A DNA stretch of 64,000 bases from Blastocatellia bacterium NZW_1522 (GCA_039793685.1 JBDRAL010000032.1:46193-110192), one strand, 5' to 3'. Shown: positions 21,491-32,405, numbered from the stretch's first letter. Program-made: numbers and translations. Notes: generated from the sequence alone by a model not told the origin.

Positions 21491-22708
21491 TCAGGCTGCC
21501 TTTTCAGGCAGCGGCAGGGTAACGCGCCGGTTTTCGACCATTTCGCGGGTAATCGTGAATTCCCGAATTTTCTTCTGGCCCGGAAGGAAGTACATCGCTT
21601 CGAGCATCAGTTCTTCGAGAATCATGCGCAGGCCGCGTGCGCCGACCTTGCGCTGGTGCGCCATGCGGGCAATCGCCCGGAGGGCATCGTCGGTGAAACG
21701 CAACCGGACGTTGTCCCATTCGAACTGGCGCTGGTACTGCTTGATGATCGCGTTCTTCGGTTTGGTAAGAATCTCGATGAGCGCTTCCTCGTCAAGCTCG
21801 TGGAGGGTGCCCACGACCGGCAGACGACCGACGAATTCGGGAATCAGGCCGTACTTGATGAGGTCTTCCGGCTGCACCAGATTGTAAACCCCGGTTTCAC
21901 GCGCCGACGGACGGCCTTCGAGCTTGGCGTTGAAGCCGAGCGCTTTCTTGCCGATCCGGCGTTCGATGACTTTTTCGAGGCCGACGAACGCACCGCCGCA
22001 GATGAACAGAATGTTCGTCGTGTCGATGGGGTAGAACTCTTGGTGCGGATGCTTGCGACCGCCCTGCGGCGGAACGTTGGCAACCGTGCCTTCGAGTATT
22101 TTCAAAAGCGCCTGCTGGACGCCCTCACCCGACACATCGCGGGTAATCGAGGGGTTGTCGTCCTTGCGGCAGATCTTGTCGACTTCGTCAACGTAGATGA
22201 TGCCCTGCTGAGCACGTTCGATATCCCCATTGGCTGCCTGAAGCAGCTTGAGGATGATGTTCTCGACGTCTTCGCCGACGTAGCCCGCTTCGGTGAGCGT
22301 GGTGGCGTCGACGATGGTGAAGGGAACATTGAGAATCCGCGCGAGCGTCTGGGCGAGTAGCGTCTTGCCGGTCCCCGTCGGGCCGATGAGCAGGATGTTG
22401 CTCTTTTGAATCTCGACGTCGCCGGCCGAGCGGTTGCGCATCATGTCCATGCGCTTGTAATGCTGGTACACGGCGACGGCGAGTTTCTTTTTGGTTTCGT
22501 CCTGACCGATGACGTAATCGTCGAGGAACGCTTTCACCTCGGTCGGTTTGGGCAGGTAGGGCCGTTGTGACACGGCCTCCTGATGGGCATCGTCGGTGAT
22601 GATTTCGTTGCAGATGTCGATGCACTCATTGCAGATATAGACCGTCGGCCCGGCAATGAGCTTCTTGACTTCGTTCTGGCTCTTTCCACAGAAAGAGCAG
22701 CGCAACAT
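21491..22708 (-). CDS. clpX: ATP-dependent Clp protease ATP-binding subunit ClpX
   Basis: [21 protein letters not shown]...YICNECI zinc finger. [11 protein letters not shown] 22708 has GAGAGGA 9 nt upstream. The track start 22726 is GTG. Confidence 0.93.
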   Translation of the reverse strand: MLRCSFCGKSQNEVKKLIAGPTVYICNECIDICNEIITDDAHQEAVSQRPYLPKPTEVKAFLDDYVIGQDETKKKLAVAVYQHYKRMDMMRNRSAGDVEIQKSNILLIGPTGTGKTLLAQTLARILNVPFTIVDATTLTEAGYVGEDVENIILKLLQAANGDIERAQQGIIYVDEVDKICRKDDNPSITRDVSGEGVQQALLKILEGTVANVPPQGGRKHPHQEFYPIDTTNILFICGGAFVGLEKVIERRIGKKALGFNAKLEGRPSARETGVYNLVQPEDLIKYGLIPEFVGRLPVVGTLHELDEEALIEILTKPKNAIIKQYQRQFEWDNVRLRFTDDALRAIARMAHQRKVGARGLRMILEELMLEAMYFLPGQKKIREFTITREMVENRRVTLPLPEKAA

Positions 22709-22755
22709 TTCGTCTCGTCCTCTCACGAATCGGCTCCAGTCACGAAAGTTACCGC

Positions 22756-23355
22756 TTAGGCGCGGCTGGAAAGTACCTGGTCAACGATACCGTATTCGAC
22801 GGCCTGATGCGCGGACAGGATGTAATCGCGTTCCACATCCTTTTCGATCTCGTCGAACGGCTTGCCGGTATGCTTGGCGAGAATGTTCGACGTGATTTCG
22901 CGGATGCGCTTGATTTCCTCGGCCTGAATCAGGATGTCGGTCGCCTGACCCTGCGCGCCGCCCGAAGGCTGGTGAATCAGGATGCGCGAGTGGGGCAGGG
23001 CATAACGCTTGCCCTTGGTTCCCGCCGTCAGCAACAACGCGCCCATCGAGGCGCACTGGCCGATGCAGAAGGTGACGATGTCGGGTTTCACGAACTGCAT
23101 GGTGTCGTAGATCGCCATGCCCGCCGTGACCGAACCGCCGGGGCTGTTGATGTAGATGGAGATGTCGCGTTCGGGGTCTTCCGATTCGAGAAAGAGAAGC
23201 TGGGCGACGACAAGGCTAGCAATGGTGTCGTCAATCGGAGTGCCGATGAAAATGATGTTGTCCTTGAGCAGCCGCGAGTAGATGTCGTAGGCGCGTTCGC
23301 CGCGACTGGTCTGCTCGACGACCATCGGAACCAAAGCTGATGTCGGATGGATCAT
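22756..23355 (-). CDS. clpP: ATP-dependent Clp protease proteolytic subunit
   Basis: [27 protein letters not shown]...[11 protein letters not shown]...RILIHQP. Confidence 0.95.
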   Translation of the reverse strand: MIHPTSALVPMVVEQTSRGERAYDIYSRLLKDNIIFIGTPIDDTIASLVVAQLLFLESEDPERDISIYINSPGGSVTAGMAIYDTMQFVKPDIVTFCIGQCASMGALLLTAGTKGKRYALPHSRILIHQPSGGAQGQATDILIQAEEIKRIREITSNILAKHTGKPFDEIEKDVERDYILSAHQAVEYGIVDQVLSSRA

Positions 23356-23431
23356 GGTTCGGGTACTACCTGAAATTTTTGGATTTCCGCTGTGATGCCG
23401 GAAATGCGTTCCTGGATTGCTTGGACCGTGA

Positions 23432-24838
23432 TTACTCGCTCGGCGACGACGCCGAAGCTTCCTGCGCCGCCATGGTGGGAGACACGACTTCGGTGTCGAT
23501 GTGGGCGGCTTCCCGAAGCAATTGCAGCGCTTTTTGATTGCGAAGAACGGCGCGGATGCTATCCAGCCGTTTTTCGCTTGTCAAGCGCGCCTTCACGGCC
23601 GCCATCGGTTGATTGGACTGTTTCGCGAGGATCTCGATTTCGCGATCGACCTCGCCTTCGGAAACTTCAATTTTGGCCTCCTCGCCGATCTGTTCAAGGA
23701 CGAGGGACCGCTGAATGTCGCGGACTGCGGCGGGTTTCAGGCTGTCGCCGAGGCTCTGCCAGTCGAGTTGGGCCGAACGGGGGTCAATCCCCTGCTCGTA
23801 AAAGTTCATGGCCATTTCGCGCAGGCGCTCGTTGATCCGCTCACGGACCAGCAGATCCGGCACTTCGAGATTGAACCGGTCCACGAGCTGGTCGAGCAGT
23901 TCGGTGTCCACGCGGTCGGTCGCTTCCCGGTCGGCTTCCTTCTCGAAACGATCCTTGAGCTTGGCCTTGAGGTCGTCGAGGCCCTCGAAATCTCCCGGCA
24001 GTCCCTTGACGAATTCATCGTCGAGTTCGGGAAGTTCCTTCTTCTTGAGGCCGTCGAGCGTTGCCTTGAAACTGACCCGCTTGCCCTTGAGATCTTCAGG
24101 GACGCGTTCGTCACCGAAAACGGTTTCAAACACTTTGGTTTCGCCGACTTTCATGCCGACGAGGTTTTCATTGAACACCGCCAGCACGGTCGGCTTGCCG
24201 AGTTCAACGTCTTCAGGATGTTCGGGGATGTCGGGCGTTGCGTCCTCGGCCGGGGCTTCCGCGCCTTCTTCGAGAATGTATCCGCTGAGCGTGATCTCGG
24301 CGACGTCGCCTTCGGCCGCCGCGCGGTCTTCTTCGATCGGCGTCAGCGTCGCCTTCGCTTCGCGCGCGCCGTTGATGGCGGTTTCAACCGTTTCGTCCGT
24401 CACTTCACGCAGTTTCTTGGTGACCTTCAGGCCGCTGAAGTCGCCGACTTCGAATTCGGGAAGAACTTCGACCGAAACCTTGACCTTCATCGGAAGGCCG
24501 TCGTTCAACAGGACGTCGTCCACCGACGGTTCGCCGATGACCTTGAGCTTGCTTTCCTCGATGGCGGAATAAATGGCTTCGGGCAGGAGCAGGCGCATCA
24601 CGCGATCGCGCGCTTCGCCGCCGTACCGGGTGCGGACCATCGAAAGCGGGGCCTTGCCGGGGCGAAAGCCGGGAACCGGCGCGTTCTTGGAAAACTGGGC
24701 ATAGACCATGTTGAAGGACTGGACGACGCGTTCGACCGGAACTTCAATGTTGAATTCTTTTTTGACGGATGAGGTATGGGAAATTTCGACTTTCAACGGA
24801 GTGCCTCGAAATGATTGTGACTGGGATGATTGCGGCAT
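23432..24838 (-). CDS. tig: Trigger factor
   Basis: Position upstream of clpP-clp[18 protein letters not shown] ribosome-binding motif. 468 aa and acidic. Confidence 0.9.
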   Translation of the reverse strand: MPQSSQSQSFRGTPLKVEISHTSSVKKEFNIEVPVERVVQSFNMVYAQFSKNAPVPGFRPGKAPLSMVRTRYGGEARDRVMRLLLPEAIYSAIEESKLKVIGEPSVDDVLLNDGLPMKVKVSVEVLPEFEVGDFSGLKVTKKLREVTDETVETAINGAREAKATLTPIEEDRAAAEGDVAEITLSGYILEEGAEAPAEDATPDIPEHPEDVELGKPTVLAVFNENLVGMKVGETKVFETVFGDERVPEDLKGKRVSFKATLDGLKKKELPELDDEFVKGLPGDFEGLDDLKAKLKDRFEKEADREATDRVDTELLDQLVDRFNLEVPDLLVRERINERLREMAMNFYEQGIDPRSAQLDWQSLGDSLKPAAVRDIQRSLVLEQIGEEAKIEVSEGEVDREIEILAKQSNQPMAAVKARLTSEKRLDSIRAVLRNQKALQLLREAAHIDTEVVSPTMAAQEASASSPSE

Positions 24839-25044
24839 CGAAAAGGAAGCTGGAATTCGACGCTCGATTGGAACTCTCCATTATAGTCACGCATTTTTTT
24901 CAATATCAAACGCCAGTTCCGCCCAGGTTTTCATTCAGGCGGGGAAGCGGCATTTGGGGACCGGCTTCAGGATTGGTTCGGGACTGCCTTTTCGGTCCGG
25001 GCCAGATCCATCGCGGGAAGATTTGAGTGGGCCGAAACCGGCAT

Positions 25045-28000
25045 TCAAAGGACGTCCTTGCTACGAAGAATGATGGCGGTCGTCATCAGAAGAAAAAGGA
25101 AGAAGACGCCCAAAACACCGAAATTCAACGGAATCGTGCCGAAGTCGTTGACGAATCCGACGAACTTGCTCTTGTCTTCGGGCGGATATTCGACCTTCGG
25201 CGCTTCCGGTTCGGGATCGAGTTGGGGAATGTCGGGCTTTGAGCCGGTGCTCTTGAGCGAATCCTCGAAATCCCGCTTGAAGTCCTCGATCTTGCGCTGC
25301 TGCCGTTTGCGGTACTCGGTGAGTTCTTCCTTGAAATCGTCGATTTTCTTCGTGTTGTCCCGTTTGATGCGTCCGATTTCGCCGGCCGGGTCGTCTTCGC
25401 TGTCATGGCCGCGAAGTTGTTTCATTCCGTTTTCTTCGAGGCCTACCCGTTTCATCAGGTCATATGACCACATGGCCGGCATGACCATTCCGATCCCTTT
25501 GGAAATCCCCTTGTTCGGCAGCAGTAATCCGCCGAACAGAATTTGGGGAATCAGGATGAGTGGAACGAGGCTGGTCGCCATTTCCGAGGTTTTCACCGCC
25601 GATGAAACGAGCAGGCCGGTGGTGATGCCGACCATGTTCGACAGAATCAATCCCGACAACAGAAGCAGGGGATTCCCCGGAAGGGATTCGAGCGGCGCGG
25701 TCACTCCGTACATCAGGCCGCACTGAATCACTCCGATGATCATCAGAATGAACAGCTTTGAGGCGAGGTAGGGCAGGATGCCGAGGTTCACCATGCGCTC
25801 GCGGTTATACACGCTGGATTCCTTGACCACTTCGCGGGCGGCATTCGAGCAACCGAACCAGATGGAGGAGAGCGCGAGGATGAAGTACGGGAAATCGCGC
25901 GTCCAGTCAGACCCCACCGCCAGCGCGGTCAGCAGGGCGATGACCGGGGCCTGGCCGAGGAGAATGCCGAGGTTGAGTTTGTCGGCAAGCAGGACCTGCG
26001 CGTACCGGCGCGACAGCGTGAAGGTCTGCCGGATGCTCTGGAAGATCGAGTTGTCGTTGGAAGCCTTGCGAACCGGCTGGGCGGTCTGCTGTTTCAACTC
26101 GCCGAGCGGCTGGGCAATGTATTTCCGATACGCCGGTGACTGCTCGTATTTCTGCTGCCAGCCGACGGCGACCTGATCGCTGTTCGGATCGCCGAGGGTG
26201 TCGAACAGGTCCTTGATGCTTTTGATGCCGAAGTAATCGAGCGCCTCAAGAGGAGGCCCGAACCAGACCAGTCGTCCGCGCATCATCACCACGATCTTGT
26301 CGAACAGCTTGACGTTCTCCATCGCATGGGTGGTCAGGATGACCGAGTGGCCGCTTTCCGAAATCTGTCGGAAAAGCTGCATGATCTTTTCCTCGGTGCC
26401 GGGGTCGAGGCCGGAGGTCGGCTCGTCGAGGTAGATGATGCCGGGCTTGGTGATGAGTTCGACGGCGATGGAGACGCGTTTGCGCTGTCCGCCCGACAAC
26501 TGGCCGATGGGGACGTTCCGGCGCGTGGTCAGGCCGGTCACGTCCATCACTTCATTGATGATGTGGTCGATTTCGTCGCTCGTCGTGTCGGAGGACAGCC
26601 GCATTTTGGCGACGTAATAAAGCGTGCGGTAGACGGTCAGTTCGCGGTGGATGATGTCGTCCTGCGGAACGTACCCGATGGATTGCTTGAAGCTGTTGAT
26701 GTTGTCGTACAGGTTCAGACCGTTGACCAGCACAAACCCCTTGTCCGCCGGACGCATGCCGTTGAGGGCATCCATCAGCGTGGATTTGCCCGCGCCCGAC
26801 GGCCCGAGCAGGCCGACGAATTCATTGGCCGGAATGGAAAGTCGCACCCGGTCGAGCAGTTTGATCATTCCCGACCCGTCGCGGTTTTTGACTTCTTTCG
26901 TAATGTCGAGGATGTCGATGCGGGCCTTGCTGCGCGTATCGAAGACGGTCACGCCCTGACCGTCGAGGGCGAACATGTACGGTCCGATCTGGACGACGTC
27001 CTGCGGCGATACCTGGCAACGGCTGACGCGCTGGCCGTTGACGTAGACGCCATTGGTGCTTCCCAGATCCTCGATGGCCGTGGTGGAACCCTGAAGCACG
27101 AATTTGGCGTGGTTTTTCGAAATCTGGAGGACATCGAGCTGGATGTCGTTGTCGTCGGTTCGTCCGACCGTCAGGACATTGGGCTGCCGGCCGGTCCCGA
27201 AGTTGCGTCGGATGAGAAAATTCCGTGACTCGCCACCCATCGAGGCCGAGGCTCCGGCCTTCATCACCATCGTGCCGCCCGAATCGTCCGCGGGAAGTGC
27301 CGCCGAAACGTCGGCGGGATTGATGAACCGGAGTTCGGGACCGCCAAGCCCGATTTGAATCAGGTTGCCGTGTTTGAGGGGCGTCGGCGCGGCAATTCGC
27401 TGGCCGTTGACGAGCGTTCCGTTGAACGACCCCAAATCGGCGACCGAAAAACTTCCGCCTTCATTGAGGATCTGGGCATGACGACGGGAAACGGTCGGAA
27501 AATAAGCCGGGTCGAGCTGAATCTGGTTGCCGGGTTCGCGACCGATGCCGGTGGTCCCGTTTGAAAGCGAAAACCGTTCGGGACGGGGGCCGTTCGTCAG
27601 CTCCAGAAAGACCGCGCCGCCGTTGCCGGTTGCCGAGGGCGGGCCGGATTGCGGGGCGATGTCCTTGAGGGAAGGCGTGTAGTTCGGGGGAGGCTGGGCG
27701 GCGCTTTCTCCGGTGATGGGCTGGCTGACCGGCCGGGGCATCGGGGGCGCTGCCTGCGCCGGTGCTTCCCAGTCGATGGCGTCAATCCGGATGGTCGGTC
27801 CGCCCTGTCCGAACTGAATCAGGACGCCCACGCCAAGCTGGACCGGCTGCGTCATCTGGACATTGTTGACGAACGTTCCGTATGTGCTTTGGAGATCGGT
27901 CAGTACCAGCAGGCCGTTCCGGACGCTGATTTCCGCGTGGCGACGTGAAACGCCACGATCGCCTTCGGAAAATGCCAGCCGGCACTGCGACGGGTCGCGA

Positions 28001-28080
28001 CCGACGTAGAAAGTCGTGTCGGTAATTTCCAGGCGATGACCGGCCTGCGCGCCGTTGAGATGGGTGATGACGAGTTTCAT
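25045..28080 (-). CDS. Triple-FHA / ABC ATPase / ABC-2 permease fusion (Rv1747-like architecture)
   Basis: Three FHA cores: FYVGRD...SRRHAEI...STYGTFVN; TGIGRE...SRRHAQI...SFNGTLVNG; LTVGRT...SKNHAKF...STNGVYVNG. Then GPSGAGKST, LSGGQRKRVSIA, IIYLDEPTSGLD, then TM helices. Confidence 0.88.
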   Translation of the reverse strand: MKLVITHLNGAQAGHRLEITDTTFYVGRDPSQCRLAFSEGDRGVSRRHAEISVRNGLLVLTDLQSTYGTFVNNVQMTQPVQLGVGVLIQFGQGGPTIRIDAIDWEAPAQAAPPMPRPVSQPITGESAAQPPPNYTPSLKDIAPQSGPPSATGNGGAVFLELTNGPRPERFSLSNGTTGIGREPGNQIQLDPAYFPTVSRRHAQILNEGGSFSVADLGSFNGTLVNGQRIAAPTPLKHGNLIQIGLGGPELRFINPADVSAALPADDSGGTMVMKAGASASMGGESRNFLIRRNFGTGRQPNVLTVGRTDDNDIQLDVLQISKNHAKFVLQGSTTAIEDLGSTNGVYVNGQRVSRCQVSPQDVVQIGPYMFALDGQGVTVFDTRSKARIDILDITKEVKNRDGSGMIKLLDRVRLSIPANEFVGLLGPSGAGKSTLMDALNGMRPADKGFVLVNGLNLYDNINSFKQSIGYVPQDDIIHRELTVYRTLYYVAKMRLSSDTTSDEIDHIINEVMDVTGLTTRRNVPIGQLSGGQRKRVSIAVELITKPGIIYLDEPTSGLDPGTEEKIMQLFRQISESGHSVILTTHAMENVKLFDKIVVMMRGRLVWFGPPLEALDYFGIKSIKDLFDTLGDPNSDQVAVGWQQKYEQSPAYRKYIAQPLGELKQQTAQPVRKASNDNSIFQSIRQTFTLSRRYAQVLLADKLNLGILLGQAPVIALLTALAVGSDWTRDFPYFILALSSIWFGCSNAAREVVKESSVYNRERMVNLGILPYLASKLFILMIIGVIQCGLMYGVTAPLESLPGNPLLLLSGLILSNMVGITTGLLVSSAVKTSEMATSLVPLILIPQILFGGLLLPNKGISKGIGMVMPAMWSYDLMKRVGLEENGMKQLRGHDSEDDPAGEIGRIKRDNTKKIDDFKEELTEYRKRQQRKIEDFKRDFEDSLKSTGSKPDIPQLDPEPEAPKVEYPPEDKSKFVGFVNDFGTIPLNFGVLGVFFLFLLMTTAIILRSKDVL

Positions 28081-28094
28081 AGTCGGTTGAATCT

Positions 28095-28838
28095 TTATCC
28101 GAAGGGCCAGAACCTGCGTTTGGCGACGTTGCGGCGTCCGGGTTCGACCAGGTCCGTCACGCCGTGTTTCCGGAATCGGGAAACCAGTTCATCGACACCC
28201 TTTTCGAGTTTGAAGTCCATTTCCTCAAGGTAGACCGGGATGACCGAGTAGAAATACACCGTTTTTTCTTCATCGAGACGGCAAACGTGAAACCCCGGCG
28301 GAAGTGCGAGCGGGGGAATGATGAGCGCGCAAACGAACCCCACCGAATTGTCGAGCGGCGCCGGGGGATCGCCGTTCGGAACGGTGTGTCCGGGACCGAG
28401 CCAGGTATTGTAAAGGTGCGGAAAACGGGCGAGGAATTTCAAAAGGCGAATCGGCCAGTAATTCCGCTCATCCTGAAAGGCATCCTCGGTCAAGGGCCAG
28501 TTGGCCGGAAGATGGATGGCCAGTTCGGCATGCCGATACCGTTCCGCGCCGGGAACGACGTTCATCGGCAGATCCGACATCCCGGTCGTGACCATGACGT
28601 GAGAGGAATTCGCTCCGTTCGGTTTGGTCCAGTGGACGTCGATGTGAACCTTGTCCGAAATGAGTTCGTGGAAAACCATCTCGACCGGCCCGAGATGGCG
28701 CGAGATGTGATCTTCAAGGAAGGGCAAGTCCTCGGAAGGGGGCGGGAGGGTTAAGGGGCCTTCCGCCACGTCTTCTTCATAGCGATAAATTCGCGAACCG
28801 CCGGGAGAATATTCGGCGTCATCGTCGAAATCGTTCAT
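28095..28838 (-). CDS. Suppressor-of-fused (SUFU)-like domain protein
   Basis: VMVTTGMSDLPMNV...AELAIHLPANWPL...WPIRLLKFLARFPHLYNTWLGPGHTVPNG matches the bacterial SUFU-like family as recalled. Confidence 0.6.
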   Translation of the reverse strand: MNDFDDDAEYSPGGSRIYRYEEDVAEGPLTLPPPSEDLPFLEDHISRHLGPVEMVFHELISDKVHIDVHWTKPNGANSSHVMVTTGMSDLPMNVVPGAERYRHAELAIHLPANWPLTEDAFQDERNYWPIRLLKFLARFPHLYNTWLGPGHTVPNGDPPAPLDNSVGFVCALIIPPLALPPGFHVCRLDEEKTVYFYSVIPVYLEEMDFKLEKGVDELVSRFRKHGVTDLVEPGRRNVAKRRFWPFG

Positions 28839-28871
28839 GAACGTCTCCCTTTCCCGAAACGTGGTCCGACC

Positions 28872-30098
28872 TTACCTGATCGACCGCAGCGCGTATTCAA
28901 AATAGACCCTCAAGCCATACTCGCCGAAAAACACGCCCAGCAGGGTCGCGATGCCAAGCAGGACACCGAAGGGAATCGCCGTCTGCATGGCGGTTCGCCC
29001 CTGGAGGAGAACTTTCGGAATGGCGATCAGTCCGCCGAGAATCGAGGCCGTCACGAGTACCAGAAAGGTGACGCCGCCTCCCAGAAACGCCCCGACAAAC
29101 AGCATCATCTTGACGTCGCCGAGTCCCATTCCTTCGAGATTTCCCGAGAAAATCACATCGCCCGGAGCAAGGCTTCCTTCCTCGATTTCCAGACCCTCCG
29201 GGGCCTCCGTGACGGTGACGCCGGCATCGCCCTTTTCAACCGTCAGGCCCGAAAGAACCGTCATGTGAAGGCTGTCTGAGCCGCCCGGCGGTGGGTTGAA
29301 TTCCGCCTCGGCAAGCTCCTTTTCGCTGAGTTGGCCGAGATCTCCGCCGATGACGAAGATCGCCCTCGTTCCGGTTTCGTTTCTGACCTTGAGGCGGGCC
29401 AGCGTCCCGAGAACACACCGGTTTTTGAGGAAATTGGCGAGATCCTCCGGTGTTCGCAACCGGAAGGAGCGCAACCGGAAATAGGCCACGCCAATGAGCC
29501 AGAGCGAACCGCCGCCGATGACGGCCCCCGAAACGGCGTTGATGAGCGATCCGGCGAGGCCGGTTTCCGGGATCTTTTTGAACGTCGCGCCTTCGACGAG
29601 CAGGCCGAGCCAGTCCATCCCGACGAGGTTGTAATCGACGCACCGCAGAAGAAGGGCGAGAATCAGACCGGGAATCGTAATCGCATCCGGCAGGATCTGT
29701 TCGTTGAAGTCGGTGAAAATGAGGGCCACGAGCGCGGCGAGGAACAACAGGATGGCCGGAAGCTGCCATCCGACGCCGAGCCGGTATACGGCAAAGAAGA
29801 AAAGCAGGCCGGTCAGGAATTCGACAATCGGATACTGCCAGGAGATTTTGAGTCCGCAGTTCCGGCATCGGCCGCGCAGAATCAGGAAGCTCAGAACCGG
29901 AATATTGTCGTATCCCGCGATGGTTTTCTTGCAGTTCGGGCAATAGGACCGGGCCGGACTCGCCACCGATCCGCCTTTTGGAAGCCGGTAGATGACCACA
30001 TTGAGGAAACTGCCGATACAGCATCCGAAAAGGAACGCGAAGGCCCCTTTGAACCAGAGCGGGACGAGGGCGTTCAGGTCTGAGAGAAAAGAAAGCAT
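28872..30098 (-). CDS. pilD: Prepilin peptidase / N-methyltransferase (A24 family) with a large cytoplasmic insertion
   Basis: CIGSFLNVVIYRLP. CPNC...CRNC. Catalytic LPD and GMGLGDVKMM. ATG 30098 chosen; the track start 30455 overlaps the upstream permease gene by 110 nt. Confidence 0.85.
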   Translation of the reverse strand: MLSFLSDLNALVPLWFKGAFAFLFGCCIGSFLNVVIYRLPKGGSVASPARSYCPNCKKTIAGYDNIPVLSFLILRGRCRNCGLKISWQYPIVEFLTGLLFFFAVYRLGVGWQLPAILLFLAALVALIFTDFNEQILPDAITIPGLILALLLRCVDYNLVGMDWLGLLVEGATFKKIPETGLAGSLINAVSGAVIGGGSLWLIGVAYFRLRSFRLRTPEDLANFLKNRCVLGTLARLKVRNETGTRAIFVIGGDLGQLSEKELAEAEFNPPPGGSDSLHMTVLSGLTVEKGDAGVTVTEAPEGLEIEEGSLAPGDVIFSGNLEGMGLGDVKMMLFVGAFLGGGVTFLVLVTASILGGLIAIPKVLLQGRTAMQTAIPFGVLLGIATLLGVFFGEYGLRVYFEYALRSIR

Positions 30099-30345
30099 GA
30101 AGATCTTGAAGGGCTGCCGGACGCGCCCGCGGGCAATCGCTTCCTCAAGTTCTAAGGAGGCGCGGGCGCGGTGTGACGGGCGTTCGGCGATGAGATTGAT
30201 TCGCCACGCTTTTACGTCGAATCGGGGCGAAAAACAAGCCTGCGAGGTTTTTCCGGGAAATGAAGGACGGCGCGAAACCGGTCGGGAGAAGCCGTGACGA
30301 CTGCTCCCGACGCGAATTTCGCGCCGCTTCCGATGACGTTGGGGG

Positions 30346-31569
30346 CTATGACCGGAAAATGATTTCTTCCCGGTTGAACAGGGCCACGCACAAAACCAGG
30401 GCCAGTCCCGCGTAAAGCGTTGATGAACCGAGCGAAAGCGCGAGAAAGGCGACATCGGTGGCGTTGGTCATGACCTGCTTGATGACCAGCGCGCAATTGA
30501 GAATCGGCACGAGGCTCAGTCCGATGGGACTTTCCGCGCCGAGGGCGAACGACATCATCGCCGGAAGGATGACCACGATCATGAACGGCAGGACGTAGGC
30601 CTGGGCCTCCTTCTGGTTTCTCGCGAAAGCCGAAACCACCAGCAGAAGAGCCGAGGTGAGCAGCGTCAGCGGAATGACCATCAGGGTCATAATCGCCACC
30701 GAGCCGTAGGAAATCGCGATTTTCCCCCGTGTCGCCTCGCCGAAATAGGCGAGGCCGAAGGAAAAGGTCGCGACGATGCCGATAATCGAAAACAGGGCCG
30801 ACAGAACGCTGATGGTTTCAATGGTCAGCAGCTTGCCGAGGATGATTTCCGTTCGGGAAGCCGGAGAAACGAGGAGCGTCTCCATCGTTCCGCGTTCCTT
30901 TTCCCCCGCGCCGAGGTCAAAGGCGCTCGTCATCCCGCCGAACGCTCCGGTCAGGACGATGACGTAGGGCAGAATGGTGCTGAGAATCAGCCCCCCGACC
31001 GATTTTTCCGAAGCGACGCTCTTGCTCTCGACTTCGGTGGGTTTCAGGAGGGTTTCGCTGAGGCCGCGTTTTACGAGGCGTTGGGTAAGCGTTTTCTGGT
31101 TGAACTGTTTGAAGGCGTCCTGAATGCGTTTGAGCGCGGTGGACGACTTTTCATTCGACGGATCGAAATAGGCTTCCAGCTTGACGGTTTCGCCGCGGTC
31201 GAGTTGTTCCCGCGCGCCCGCCGGAACGGCCAGCGCGGCCCGGTAGGTTCGTTCCCGAATTCCTTTCCGGGCGGCCTCCGCGTCCGGCACGTCGATGATT
31301 TTCAGGGTGGCGTCGCCGCCGATGGCTTCCCGGAAGGCCGCCGCCTCGGGGCTTTGGACGACCGCCACCGTGAGCGTTTCGGCCTTGTCCTGAACCGCCT
31401 TCTGACTGAAGAAATAGCCCATGACGAAAAACAGCAGGGGCGTGATGATGAGGGGAGAAATGAAAACGCCGAACAGAACCCGCCGGTCCCGCATCGTTTC
31501 CTTCATTTCCTTTCGATAGACGACGAAAACCCGGCCCAGATTGGCCCTTTTCTGATTGGTGTTACTCAT
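30346..31569 (-). CDS. ABC-2 type transporter permease (NatB-like)
   Basis: N-terminal TM, large extracytoplasmic loop and five C-terminal TM helices. Overlaps the ATPase gene stop by 8 nt. Confidence 0.75.
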   Translation of the reverse strand: MSNTNQKRANLGRVFVVYRKEMKETMRDRRVLFGVFISPLIITPLLFFVMGYFFSQKAVQDKAETLTVAVVQSPEAAAFREAIGGDATLKIIDVPDAEAARKGIRERTYRAALAVPAGAREQLDRGETVKLEAYFDPSNEKSSTALKRIQDAFKQFNQKTLTQRLVKRGLSETLLKPTEVESKSVASEKSVGGLILSTILPYVIVLTGAFGGMTSAFDLGAGEKERGTMETLLVSPASRTEIILGKLLTIETISVLSALFSIIGIVATFSFGLAYFGEATRGKIAISYGSVAIMTLMVIPLTLLTSALLLVVSAFARNQKEAQAYVLPFMIVVILPAMMSFALGAESPIGLSLVPILNCALVIKQVMTNATDVAFLALSLGSSTLYAGLALVLCVALFNREEIIFRS

Positions 31570-32323
31570 CTTCTTCGACTCCGGCGAGTTTCAGGAAAAC
31601 CGACTCCAGATGTTGACGACCCGTGCGTTCGCGCAATTCCTCGACCGTGCCCTCGGCGACGAGGCGGCCGCCGTGGATGACGCCGAGCCGGTCACAGAGC
31701 CGCTCGGCCTCGCTCATGATGTGCGTCGAGAAAATGACGGTCCGCCCCTGTTCGCGGCATCGCCGGATGAAACCGATGATGGTCCGCGAGGTCATGACGT
31801 CGAGGCCGGTGGTCGGCTCGTCGAAAATCATGACGGGCGGTTCATGCACGATGGACCGGGCAATGGAGGTGCGCTGCTTCTGTCCCGTGGAAAGCTTGTC
31901 GCACCGGGCCTTGGCGAAGTCATGCATGTCGAGGGTGGTGAAAATGTCGTCAACCCGTTTCGATAGCGTGGCTTCCGGAATTCCGTTGAGCCGTCCGAAG
32001 TATTCGACCATTTCGCGGACGCTGAGCCGTCCGTAAAGGGCCGTGCTGGTGGAGAGGAACCCGATGTTGGCGCGAACCCGCTCGGGGTGAAGCCGTGCGT
32101 CATGACCGGCGACTTCGGCCTCGCCGGAGGTCGGTTCGAGCAGGGTGCCGAGAATGCGGAGGGTGGAGGTTTTTCCCGCGCCGTTGGCGCCGAGCAATCC
32201 GTAGATTTCGCCGGGACGGACGGAAAAACTCACGTTGTCGACCGCGCGTACGTCGCCGCGCTTGCGGTCACGAAAGACTTTGACCAGATTTTTGGCGGTT
32301 ATCATCGAGGAAAAATGGTTCAA
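31562..32323 (-). CDS. ABC transporter ATP-binding protein (NatA-like)
   Basis: GLLGANGAGKTSTL, LSTGQKQRTSIA, VMIFDEPTTGLD. The track start is TTG 32323; alternative ATG at 32305 (MITAKNL). Confidence 0.88.
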   Translation of the reverse strand: MNHFSSMITAKNLVKVFRDRKRGDVRAVDNVSFSVRPGEIYGLLGANGAGKTSTLRILGTLLEPTSGEAEVAGHDARLHPERVRANIGFLSTSTALYGRLSVREMVEYFGRLNGIPEATLSKRVDDIFTTLDMHDFAKARCDKLSTGQKQRTSIARSIVHEPPVMIFDEPTTGLDVMTSRTIIGFIRRCREQGRTVIFSTHIMSEAERLCDRLGVIHGGRLVAEGTVEELRERTGRQHLESVFLKLAGVEEDE

Positions 32324-32405
32324 ACCGTGAGAAGTGGTTGCGTGGTGTGTTTCGTTCTACGTTGCAACCCTCCCCCGCGGTTCTGGAAATCGGTCGGCGC
32401 GGGCC

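Noticed and set aside
30099-30455. N-terminal extensions given by the ORF track: pilD to 30455, kinase to 37258, mscS to 45555, DUF808 to 59332, glgA to 16829, engB to 18990, ndh to 39756.
   Set aside because: The extensions overlap upstream genes or start at GTG/TTG. They are Arg/Pro-rich. A downstream ATG restores the family-typical N-terminus, often with an SD.
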